NCBI GenBank assembly: GCA_028534125.1
Contig: CM052816.1
Span: 76,634,001-76,698,000 of the forward strand
Length of the DNA: 64,000 nt
Direction of reading: 5' to 3'
Source of the DNA: Lama glama
Taxonomy: Eukaryota
Shown here one piece after another: positions 50,526-63,115 of this stretch. Every line of letters starts with the position of its first letter. Position 1 is the stretch's first letter. The position numbers and the translations under genes are program-made. The notes below the pieces were generated by a model. That model worked only from the letters and a program-made list of their open reading frames with translations, searched no databases and had not been told where the DNA came from.

Positions 50526-52814
50526 GTGACTCAAGCTATTCTCCTCTGCAATATTAATTGGACTTTATTATAAAGTGAGCAAAATGAGGAGCTTCAGCTT
50601 GCCTTATCTGTTGGTATAAACAGCTTTGAGTCTTTCTTTTTTAAACTTTAAGGTTATTTATAATGAGCAATATCCCTATGTTCCTCTAGTTTATATCTGC
50701 TCAGGGCCTGAGAAAGGCAGACAAGCTGTTACTGAAATTCTCCAGATGGTGTGGTCTCTTCAAGTCCTTGGTTCAACGTCTACATTGGAGTGTTCACCAT
50801 GACTCATGCGTCCGTGTGACACAATGAATAATCACCTGGCTGATAATAATCATAGTGGTGAATAGTTTTCAACCTGATATTTCATCCAAGGACAACTTCT
50901 TATTCTCCTTCTGTTCCTCCTTTTAAAAGTAGCTACCAAACTGCTTACTAAAGCACTAACAAAACTTGAGAAAATTGATGAAAGCATTGGCTCAATACTG
51001 GGTAATTAAAGTTATCCCTTTGACTTAACACAATTTCTACTCAAATCAAGAAAAGCTAGTTTTTTAATTTGTGTGTGCAGCTGTATTACAGGTAAAGATT
51101 TGATATCCATTAGGTTCTTTAAATACTTGAAATATGTTGCCATTTTGTTCCTGCCTACACAGATCCCACTGGATCTAAGAAAACCAGTCTGGAAATTGGC
51201 AATAGACCATACACTGACCAATTTTGAAAATCCTAGCATATGAATTTTTTCAAACCCTAGTGAGCATTTGATTCAAAGCTTACGATTCATTTTTTAAAAG
51301 GATATATCAGGAGCTTGTGTCACCAACTTTGGATAGATAAGCATCAGTTCACGATGTCCAAGACGACTCTGTGGAAGGCTCACTGTGGGCAGAGTTCTGG
51401 AGGCGATCGTGTTCACGTTGTATGTTCTCTTAACTTTTGAGTTTAATTTCATGTGACTGAATCTAGAGTAGCTTCATGATTCTCTCTTCAGCCCCAGTTA
51501 GACGATAGATTTTTTCCAACATTTAAAATATTGCTACCTGACAAATTAGCATGTCTCTACGGAATTAGATTTTAAAAACACAGAAAGGTATACATGTCAC
51601 TCTCAGATCACTATTCTAAATGTATAAGAAGCAGAACTCTGTCTCTCACCCTACTACTGCCCTTCTTAACCGGCATTTCCTTGGTACTAATCCTTCTAGT
51701 TTTGCAATAGTTTTATGGAGAAGCATATAAAGTGGGAAAATGCTATATAATTTACTTTAAACAAGGAGCTATAATAACATGACTACTTTAGTCAATGGCT
51801 GCCTTTTACAAAAGATGTTCCTTTAAGTGCTCACATTTCAAATGTCATTTCACTTATGTAAGTTTTTATAAAACTGACATTATGGTAATCCTTTTTTGGG
51901 GTCTTAGAATGATGGTTATAAGACATAAGAGACTTTGTTTTGTTTTGTTTTTTTTAAGCCACCTTTAGGACACATTTATTTGAAGTTTGAGGGTCACCAA
52001 GTTTCAGAGCTTGGCAAGATGGGATAACCATGAATCTGACATTTGAGATTGTTAGACCTTAACCTTTCGAGTAGAAGGCTTTGTTTCCAAAAGATTAGTC
52101 AAGTAATTAAATGAAAGAAACCGGCAGTATTGAATCACTCAAAATGGCAAGTTCATGCAACTGTCATACTACAAAGCTATCTGACTCTTTGATGCAGAGG
52201 CTTCATACTCAGATTTGTCACACCCCGACCTCCATGCCATTGCTCAAAACTTCAGAGTCTTTTCTACCATCAAGACCAAATATGGTTCTGTAAACCCCCC
52301 CTAATCCAGTTTGATCCACTTTTCAACCTCTTGCCATCGTATAATTATGTTAAGTCAGCAGGTCCCATGTTCTAGTCAAGATGACATAAATATTCTTTTC
52401 TCATTGCTATCAATGCCTCTTTCCCAAATGTATTTGCTGGCTAGTGCCCATTCCGATTATGTGAAGGACCAGATTACTTCTTTCTTTTTGCCTGTATTGT
52501 TCTAAAACAGAGAAGTTAAGAGCATATGCATTAGACTCATGAGACTTTCAGTGTATCAATGAACTTCTGTACTTCAGCTTCCACTCTTATCAAATAGGGA
52601 TGATGGTAACTTCCCCATCGGACTAGATGAGAGTGTCTTAGCATCACATCTGGTGCTAAATTAAATTAAATCATTTTAACCTTTAAAAATAAGCTATTCA
52701 TCTGTGTTTCTAAAAAACTATTAAAGCCATCCCCAACCCTGTACTCCCAACCCACTGTACTCTGCTCTCTTCTTCCAGAACATCTGTCACCTTCTGAAAG
52801 ACTATGAACAATGT

Positions 52815-52940
52815 ATGGGCTTCCCCTGGTAGAGTGTAAACCTTATAGGGGGCTAGATCGTTATTTTTCTCGCTGACATATACAATCTCTAGAAAAGCGC
52901 CTGGCACATCGTAGGGACATAGATTTACTGCGTGAATTAA
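52815..52940 (+). mobile_element. L2 3' end
   Basis: tagagtgtaaaccttataggggg…gcctggcacatcgtagggacatagatttactgcgtgaatt. Confidence 0.65.
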
Positions 52941-55900
52941 CTTTCTGGCACTGATCTCTGGCATTCAGGGGCAAACTTTGTTTCCAGTCTCTAAATCATG
53001 ATGGCTTTGAGCAGGGATCAATCACTAAACCCCATATGCTCCCGACAATAACAACAAAGCTGTCAATATTTGAAAATTTTGAAAGAACTTTAATTTTCTT
53101 ATAGCATGGCTTCAGAGCAAAATCTAGGGTAGCCAATGACTTACCGTCTGTGGAGTCACAGTGTGAGACAGATGACATGCTCAGAAGAGATGACATTTGA
53201 CTCTTAAGGGAATTCCTTAGATGGAGGTGCAAATGTGGAATGGAATTTTGGGTAGAGAACCTCAAAACTGGAGAGACTGACCATGACAAAGGGATTTCTA
53301 TTCACATCCCACTTCTGATAATTAGCCCTAAAAGTAAAACTTTGCTTATCTTAGAGAGACTGAGAAAGTGTGTTAGTACTATTTCTTTCACTATTTTCTT
53401 GGGTGAAACTCATTGTCAACCTGCTCCTATAGTTTACAGAGTATGTTCTGGTTTTTTAAAAACTTACAACTATAAACATTTTCCTAATTTCAAGTTTTAC
53501 TGCCTTAGAAGGCATCTGTGGGGTATAGGAAAGCCTGATTATTACTTTTTTGTGGATTTGTATTAACCTCCCTGTCTACAATATTGAGTCTTTTTAATAA
53601 AGATTGGATTAGGAACTTAATAGTGGCTTTCAAAGACTTGTCTTTGCACAGGGCTATAGAGTTCAGCTAAGGAAACAAATGATCTAATTGCATTCTCTGA
53701 TGCTAAAAATGCCTACATAATAAGACTAGAAAATAGCAGATGCCACTGTGGAGTGAATCTAAAGCTTCAAGGACCAACTCAAGTTACTTTTACTTAATGA
53801 CCATAATAGGGATCGTAAAGAGAGGCTACACATGGAGCCCCTATCTAATCACTTATATCCATCCATGTTTTCCTTAAGTATTTAAATGTCAATTACTTAG
53901 CAGGCACAGAATTTTGCAACAGGTCATTTGTGGTTCAGAGAACTGATGAAATTGCTGTAAAAGCTAATGAAACAGCTTGCTTAAATACTACATTTTTTAT
54001 GAACCAAGGAGACTCCCTTTACAGTGACTCATTGATGTTGACAGTCCTGTGTAGTTTCATCAGAAGGTTTTTGTAGTTGACTGTGAGTAAGAACATCTCA
54101 TAAAGGACCAGGAGGGCTCCGTGTTAGCGCAGCACAGTGGCCTGCAATAAGAAACCATTTCTACTAGTTCATCTCATGCTCAGACTATAGACCGGTGTGG
54201 CACCCCCATGATTTGTCATCTTAGAAGGCAATGAAACCCAACAGGGATGGTGTACATTCAGCAGGCCTGGGAGAAGGAAGAATTCTCAGGTCATCTGCTT
54301 ATTCTGGGAAGGGCTCCCAGTAGTAAGTCAGATTTTTGACCAACTGTTTGCCCTGAAGCCAAGCCTTGACCATTAAGCGATATTTGTGATTATGAGTGCT
54401 AGGCAGGTTATAAAGCATAACCTTGTGCAGAGGACAAATACTTAACACAATTTCTGGTCAAAATTCTGAGAACTAGAAAACAGAATACACTTCACAGGCT
54501 TTTAGTACAACTTTTAGACTATACATTACTCTCACTATTAAGCCAAACTCATTTAATGTGGAAGGAGCAGAGGGTTATCCAGCAGCAAATTCACACTAAT
54601 GCTATCTGTAGCTGGAGATGATTTTAAATAACACTTTTTAAAAGACACAGACATAGATCCAATGAATAAGTCTTTATAGGCTGGAAAGCCAGAAAAACTA
54701 GATTGTCCTAGTATATAAATTTATTATTTTAAATACATTAAGCTCTTTGGGAAGTAGCAATGCCATTGGCACTATATGAATTGATGATTTATTTAATTAA
54801 TGCATCTAATGCCTTTTAAAATATCCAAACTGAGTTGCTTATTGGGCTAGCAGTAGAGGTTTATAAGAAACAACATATTGCATTGAATATTACTTCATAT
54901 AAATATAAAATTAAGACACTAATTACTCCTTCAATCTTGTAGAATAATATCTAGATCAAAAGTGAAAAAAAATTAGGTTGGACTTGGGGAAGAAAGTGTT
55001 TTTCTAGGCTCCTCAGAGTCATTGCTTTATGTCACCTTAGGAACTTATCTTTGAAAAAAGAGAGAGAGAGAAATAGTAAATGAAATATTCAAGACCTGAG
55101 CTTTTGAAAGTGTTGTCTAATGACATAACCAGGACAATTTTTCTTAGATATCTTGTTTTTATGCAGCTGATACAAATTTGATATTTTCCCCCCTTCCCCT
55201 AGCCCTGGAATGATTTTAATGTTCGAAGAAATGACTTAAGAAAACAATCCAGTAGAATATATGTGTTAGAAAATCTTCAAAGTCACTCTTTAAATCCCAG
55301 AATAAACTTCTTGAAATCTGTACAGATTAAGGTGATACTTGAGATCTTTTCTTTTGTTCTTTGATTATTACAACCAAGAAAGAAGACCAGTAAGCTGTCA
55401 GTTCATTTACTAAGGACTCTTAACTTAGTTCTCCGTTTTAACCTTATTTGTAGAAGTCACTTAAATGACTTGCCAAAGGTGGAATAGAAATTGATTTCCT
55501 GAAAGCTTCTTTAGATTAGGAACGTTTAATATTTAGGATCACATGGGGTGGCTTTTCTCTGCAAGCTTTAGTAGATATGAGGTTCCTTGAATGACTCTTC
55601 CTAACTTGCCGATTGTACATCATGATCCCTAAGGTTGATGTCTAGACACGTTTGTGGAAGGGAGGGCCAGTTAATGGTGATGACTTACGTGACTGTAACA
55701 GATATAATTTTGGTTACATTAACATGGATTTTTGTATAGAATTCATGAAACAAAATCTGTCTCACCTACTTAGACTTTATAAGCAAGAGTCTGGTATTGA
55801 GTGGTAGGTTGTTTTTTATTGTAATTGGAATGTCCTGTGCTCATCTATCTCTGCAGTGAATGAACTATATGTAGATATTTCAACATATTAAAACATTTTC

Positions 55901-56860
55901 TTGTTCAGTGTAGTTACTTCAATTGTGCAGCAATCAAAATCCCAAATCTGTTTTGTTTAGCATGGGTTAATGGGCTGCTAGTTAGAATTTTTCCATCCCT
56001 CAGTTTAAAAATGCCTTGATTTATCCCCACATACTTATTTGGCCCAAAAGATGAGAGAATAATGACAGAGGGGAACATTAGCTCAAGGATACTTGGGCAT
56101 GTCTGTACTTCGTCCATCTCGTATTCACTCTGTAGCAGCTTCTTACAGTGTGTGCACACAATTCCAAAGCACGTGGGCCAGCTGTTTCAGACCATTTTTG
56201 AATCCTGTCTCCTAAATTTTCAACACTGGAGTAGTATTTCTTGCAAGAAGCAAGAAAACAAGTTGGCAGATTCACCTTTCTGTTTGTCTAACAGAACCTG
56301 AAATTACCTAGGGGTTTCTTATCTGTTAACCTATCCAATTTGTCCAGCAACCAAGAAATCAGCAAATGAGCCTATATTTTGATTTATTCTGGATGAGTTC
56401 CCCTGACCTTTTATGGAAGAGCACTGGTTTTGGGAGGGGAGAGGGCTGGTTATCGGGTTGCTGGTTCTTTGTAAACCTGAAACTTAACAAATAAATAGAA
56501 AGTCCCTTTTTTATTTTTAAATGACTCCTTTTTCCTTCATCTTGTTTAAAAGCAGCCAAGTCCTCTCTAAGGGAAATCAGCTAAATCATGAAGAACCATC
56601 TTAAGTGATCATTGATATACCAAGTACCCAGATAATAGTTAACAGTAAGTGGTTTAAAAAAATTATTCTCAACCATGGGGGTTAGCAGGGCCATCCTTAT
56701 TCTTGGAGATGAAGCCCAAGTGCCCTGTTGGCTGTAGGTATCTTGCCCAACTAGAATAGATCATATCAGGCAGGGAAATGTGAGCTAGTGGCAAGTCTCT
56801 TGGGGAAGGTTAATGCCAACTCTAAGGGTAGATTTAACACTAAAACAAAGGGTATATTCT

Positions 56861-57113
56861 CAGAAACAGACTCATAGACTTGGAAAACAAACTTATGGTT
56901 ACCAGGGGAGAAAGGGGGTGGGAAGGGATAAATTGGGAGTTCAAGAATTGCAGATACTAATATATATAAACTAGGTAAACAACAAATTCATACTGTATAG
57001 CACAGGGAACTATATATTTTGCAGTAACTTATGGTGAAAAAGAATAGGAAAACAAATATGTGTATGGTCATATGTACTGTATACCAGAAATTGACACAAC
57101 ATTGTAAACTGAC
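56861..57113 (+). mobile_element. Short L1 3' UTR insertion
   Basis: cagaaacagactcatagacttggaaaacaaacttatggttaccagggg…tgtaaactgac, the same family as 26665-27268. Confidence 0.93.
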
Positions 57114-57174
<61 letters not shown>

Positions 57175-57200
57175 GGAGAGAGGGGGAGAGAGAGAGAGAG
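57114..57200 (+). repeat. Compound (TA)11(GA)18 microsatellite plus GA-rich tail
   Basis: Directly counted; it occupies the position of the L1 poly-A tail. Confidence 0.95.
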
Positions 57201-58381
57201 TATATTCTACTGAAAAGGCCACCCAGGACCCAGGACAACATATTAGAATCAGATAACTTAAACTGATCTTGTGTTGGGTCTACATGACTATAAGAACTTT
57301 ATTCATAGTTTTGGTCTATGTACAGAAGTGAAACAAAAAAGAAGTCCCACTTGAGTACGTGCAACTACCACATACACCTCAGTTTGAGGGCTCTGTGCTG
57401 ATGTTACAAGGCAGCTGGATTCTTCTTCCTTTAAACCCTTCAAGACACAGCACATCTCTGAAATATGAGTTGCGGAAAGTTACAGAAACACTCAAGCAAC
57501 GGCTTTGAGGATTATATGAATGTGAGGCTCTGCCTAGAAAGGGAAACCACATTGGGATTTCATACATAATTCAGCCAGGCTATTAAAGAGGACCCCAAAT
57601 ATCAGGCAGTATTTCTTGTACTAGTTTTCTGTAAGAGGAAAAGTTTAAGATGACTTGCTGCTTTTATAGTGCCCTGTTGTGTTATATCATAGAATGATTC
57701 TACTAGTGCTTATGGCTCTTGGATTATTAGCTTAACGTTTCAGATGCAGGTGCTTCTAAATACGTGTTTTCTTGAACCCTTCTGACATCCATAGACTTTC
57801 AGGGTGCCTGTTGCAAAGGCACTGAAGTAGAAAGTGGAGCATGTTTAACGATTAAGATTTATGTGTGCAAGCGTCATAGGTGAAATCACAGAGAGGCTCA
57901 CATGAATAAACTATAGTGTCCTGAGGTCCACGTGCTACACAGCCAGGTTGACATAATTCAGGATCATATCATATGGGAATGAGAAAGCACAACCTGATAT
58001 TGTGTGTTCTAGGAAACAAACTGCTAAGATGTATTTATGTGATTTATTGGAAAACTAGCTTGGAATTAGGAAGAAGAGTTAGTTTTGGTAGAAGGACATA
58101 ACCTAACTTGGGAAAGACAGACATGAAAACAATGAAATATTTGCTGGTCAGTTTGGGTAAGTATACATAGATGTGAGGGAAGATTGTTGGAAAAGGTATG
58201 AATAGTGTCAGTGTATTGGCCTAGAAATCAAATGGTACAATGACAGTCCTTTTCCCTCACCCTGATTCATTAGTATTTTGACCACATTTTCCTGCAAGGG
58301 CCAAGCATATTATCCATTGTACATTTGGATGCCAAATTCAAAGTAAAACTCCTATGTTTCTGTGGGCATATGTTTCTGTTA

Positions 58382-58434
58382 CTTTGGGGCAGTAATTTGA
58401 GAAGAAATTTACTTCTCAAATTACTGCCCCAAAG
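58382..58434. repeat. Perfect inverted repeat, 23-bp arms, 7-nt spacer
   Basis: ctttggggcagtaatttgagaag (58382-58404) is the exact reverse complement of cttctcaaattactgccccaaag (58412-58434). Confidence 0.97.
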
Positions 58435-61400
58435 GCCCAGCTATAGAAAAATTCTAGAGGCTTCCAGGCTAGGTAGTTTTTTTTTTAATTTAAAACCCTG
58501 AAATATTTCATGTAAATTATTCATTCTCTAGAATACTTTCTTCCCTTGGAATGAGGATGGAAGGGAAGCAGAATGAGGTATAGTGTCCTACTTTACCACC
58601 TAATAATACAAAACAAAGTTCTTCTAAACTCAAATTTTAGAACTGGTCTATTCCATTTACCCATTCCAGTTATCCATGAATCTTTTAGCATTTTAAAATC
58701 TTATTCCATCCACTTCCTTTTTTGGGGGTATACTTTCTGGTTACTATCACTTTGTAACGAAACGAAGCTCTGCTAGGACCCCCTTCTGTCACTGTCACTG
58801 CAGCATGGTGTCCCCAGCCTTATGCCAGCATCCTGGTGTGAGCTTCTGTGCGACCACTAATCTACGATGGCTTTTGTCCACTGATGCAAGTGTCCTGGTT
58901 CCTGAGGCAGTGCTGCCGTCCCTGGTCCTGCGGTAGTGTCGTGGGGCAGGGGAAGAAGTGCCCTGCAGAGCTCCGCCATGTCCCCACAGGCCCTCTAGTC
59001 ACACCGCTCACACAATGTGCTCATCCAACCACCCACCAGCCACCGTACTGAGGCCTGCCCAGAGCGCCAGCCTCTCTTCTTGTCCGGGTTAGATGGGAAC
59101 CCTGACATGCGAGCCCAGGTCATTAGACTTCTTATCATCTACCCATTCCTCACACATAAGGAGTTTTCACTCCCTTCCCTCCCACCCCTCCCCTCACACA
59201 CACACACCACCCCCCCATGTTGGACCACTTCAGTCCACTGGCCATTTCCCAGAAACGTCTTGGCTTGGTGTACAGATTTACCCACTAGGGTGCCCGCTAC
59301 CTCTGAGCCTAAAGCCCAAAACCTATGGGGAAGGGTCACCTTTGCCAGGCCCCTCTCACCCCCTCAAAAGCCATATTATCCTTCCTCCCAGAACAATGAA
59401 TTCCTAATAGCCTTTGCTTAGAATTCAGGAGTCATTCATGGCTCCTTCCATAGGTGACTTGGTATCTCTCTGAGAGAAAGAGAAACAGCTAAGAAGGTAC
59501 TTAGTATTATGGACTTGACTCAAGGATGCAGTCATTACCTTGCCAATCTCTCTTCCCCTCATAGCTCCAGAGGGACAGGTTAGAAAGGGACCAACGCAGA
59601 TAAGGACCAAATGCCACATCATCAGGGTCATCAGGGCCCAATAACCCCTGAATGCAGAGCTCTGATAAACTGAGGTTGATGCACGCTGCACACTAGACCA
59701 GAAATCCCCCACTCTCTTTTCCATGTTGAGCTGTGCCTGCTACCTCACCCTCCCTGCTCACTCAAGATTACAGAGTACATACACCCTAGCCTAGTTAAGC
59801 CACGTCTAGATCGTCCCTGGTGTCGGGGTACCATAGCGTTGCCCAAATGCTCCAATGGCAGCAATGTAAAGCAATGGCAGAAACATGATTTTGCAGCCCC
59901 CAAAGTTTCAGTGTCACTTCCCTTCCTTTGTAGAAGTGATTTAAAGGATAAAATTGGATTTTAGTTTCCCTGTTCTACTCATTTAAGCGAAAAGAGGTCA
60001 TACTCGAGAACCAGGATAGAATGATTGAGTGGGATGTTAAAGCTGAGATGGATGTACTCCCTAATGTCAATTAATCTAATCCCAAGCTTCATGTGTTCAT
60101 CTTCACAAAAATTCCATGCAGCCAAGAGACCCCAGAGATATTCCAACAGTGCTTTCTTTCCTGGAGTCTGGATAAACGTAAGGAGGGATTCTAGAATCAA
60201 CCTTCTATGTGTGTCTTTGTTCATACAAGCAGATTAACTGGTGCCCAGGTACCAATAGGCAAGAGCATACACTGATTATGAATCTACACATTCTACTTTT
60301 TCTAACCCTAGTAAAGTGTTTAGACTAACAGTCATTGTACTGAGTAATATGATTGTACAATCGATCATAAACTTAACACTTCAGTTCAACTTGTGAACAG
60401 TTTTTAGACATTTCTACTGAATTGGTTGTATTGCCCAGTCTAGAGAATGGGCCTTCATTTGGATAACATTCAGTTCCTTTTTTAAATCTTAAAGTCTCCT
60501 AGACACTCCTTATTATGGGACTATTCCTTAGGCCCTGTTAGGAGATAGTCTTAATAAAACTTTTTAAAAACAAAATGGGTGGAGGTGGGTACAAAATTAG
60601 AAGAGGTCACAACAAGCCAAGGATATTGGAAGTTGCCAACTCCAGAACTCAGACTTCCTATTTGTGCTTTAAAAAAAACAAAACAAAAAACCTAAAAGGC
60701 CAAGCCCTGAATAGTAGAGAATGTACTGAAATAATGTGAATTCTTTGATCTGTGAGTTGTGTCTCAAACCTAGCCAAAATCCTTCCTTCCAAGCAGCCAA
60801 ATCAGCATTAATGAGCCAGTTTGACCAAGTAGGACCCCAGCTACCTAGGCAAAAAGGAATCCAGTGATAATGTAGCATTGAATCATATAAGCCCTTTTTT
60901 TTCTGCTTTGGTTCAGAAAACATCTATGAAATTCCATGTTCAAACTATTCTGCTAAATTATCTTCTTGTTCTTTGGTGTCTGTACTAAGTGGGAGGCGTT
61001 CCTGGCTCAGTCTGTACGTGATGGGCTTTGTACAGCCTTCTTAAAACAGAAGTTTTAGAAAAACTGATGCATATGATCTTTAGGAATAGGATGCTAGAGT
61101 CTCATTTTAAGATCTGGATTTCTCCTGGTACCAACTCTAATCCACAACCAGCTGTTTAACAATTAAACAAGTTATACACTGTTCCTTGCTCTCAGTTTCT
61201 TAATCTTTATAATGAAAGAGTATGACCAAATTATTCCCTAGGTTTTCCAGCTCAACACTCTAACCCACTTGGTATTTCTTTAAGGGGACAAAGGATTGTG
61301 GAGGTTGGACTCTTGTACCTCAAACTTGTCAGTACGTTAAGATCATCTGGGAATCTTTAAAATATATTGGTACCTACATCTCTTCCTTCATAGATTCTGC

Positions 61401-61844
61401 CTTAATGGATCTGAGCATGGCCTAGACATCAACGTGTTAAGAACTCCCCATGAAAATTCCCCAGGTGATATGAGGTAGACCTTCTAAACTGCCAGAGATA
61501 ATGATGTAGGCTTGGATTTGACTCAGGATTCACTTGAATAGGCCTCTCTGGGTAACCTGGAGTGGATTTTGTTCCTGCAGTTTTTTTCCCATCAGAACCT
61601 ACCTTCTATAGTCACAGAAGCCAGAGTTGGACAGGAAGTGGCTCGAAAACTGGCAGATTTTCACTTGGGCCTTACTGATTAAAGCAGTACCTCCCTCCAT
61701 GTTTCTGCTTACTAGCCGCTAACTTATTGGTTCCACTTGTTCTAAAATTGTTTAAACATTTTCTGTGGAAAAGCAATGTTAGATGCAATACAAGATCATA
61801 CACAGCAGAGTGCCCTTGATACCTAACTTTGATTTAATCATAAC

Positions 61845-62045
61845 CACTATTTGTTGAGCACTTTCTATAAGCGAAGCACTGAGATGTCTACGTGAGGTCT
61901 CATTGATTTCTTATAACAACTGTGCAAACTATATTCCCATTTTACAGGTGAAGAAATGAATGTCAGATAAGTTGTCTCAAGCCACAGAGCTGGGCAGTAG
62001 TCAAAGTGTGCAGACTTCCAAACCTGAACTCTTAGCCACTGTACT
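61845..62045 (-). mobile_element. MIR SINE
   Basis: atttgttgagcactttctat…attcccattttacaggtgaagaaatgaa…ctcttagccactgtact. Confidence 0.8.
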
Positions 62046-63008
62046 TACCTTTACCCAAGATTAACTGTACAAGGAACTCTTAATTCTGTTCTGACTTGGT
62101 TCCAAAGATAGGGAAAAGTTTTCTGGCTCAGAGCTTTATGGATCCTAGAAGTCCCACAGCATCCTTCCCAAGGGTTAAAAGCAATGATACGTGCACACTG
62201 TCTGTAAATGCCTAACTGGTGTATACCTCCTCGAGGCCCCTAAGGCAGTGTCAGCATTTACAAGAAAATCTCCTAAGGACTCCTTTTCAGTGTGTGCTAA
62301 CATAGCTTCATTTCCCCCAATTAAATAGGCTGCAAAAATCTTACTGTCGACTCAACTTGGCCTTCACGGAATAGAATAAGCCTTCCTGAAAGCATAGGAG
62401 CTCAGGCAGTCAGAGGAGAAGAGCTTTACATCAACCATTTGTGGCAACATCCCTTATTCCCAAAAGGCTACTTTGAAGATAGTGGTGAAGGCTGTTGGCT
62501 GCCCTCTTGGACTCTGAGATCTGCCTTAGAGGTTAATATTTCACATGTCCTAATTCAGTGTCTCCGCTGAGACAGACCTAAAGTTCCAAAGGACAAGGAG
62601 GCACATTCTCTGACCAGTACAAAGTACTGGCCACTCTAGCAAGGCTGTTTGTGCTGCTTTGTTCTGGATTCTCCTTAACTCCTTTCCCTGTGTCTATTTT
62701 ATGCAGCTCTTTCTGAAAAGTTAACTGGTATGTGAAAGTCAACAGGGTTCTGACTTTGAAAACAGCTTCTAAAATACAGGTTAAAATCAGTGGAATTAAA
62801 AAAAAAAAGGATAAAAGCATCAACATAAATAATAGGAAAGGAAGCACAGCTCACATTCAGTTTGAGCCCAGCGCCTTACTTGTGATTGATCTTGGGTTAC
62901 TGAGTCCACTTCAATATTCCTCAGAGACACGTTCTTTCTCATAGAGCTGCCAGGATAAGGGCTTGGTAGGTTAGGTGTTTGTCCCATTCCCCTTAACATT
63001 AAAGACGA

Positions 63009-63115
63009 GCGGGGGGTATAGCTCAGTGGTAGAGCACGTGCTTGGCATATGAAAGATCCTGGGTTCAATCCCCAGTGCCTCCGTTAAGAAAAAACTTTAA
63101 AAATTAAAAATAAAA
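63009..63115 (+). mobile_element. tRNA-derived SINE (camelid vic-1-like)
   Basis: ggggggtatagctcagtggtagagcacgtgcttggcat…cctgggttcaatccccagtgcctcc + A-rich tail; no clear TSD. Confidence 0.88.

Noticed and set aside
50527..54031. AP-1 motifs TGACTCA at 50527, 50800 and 54025
   Set aside because: 7-mers occur often by chance; an enhancer cannot be claimed without chromatin or conservation data.
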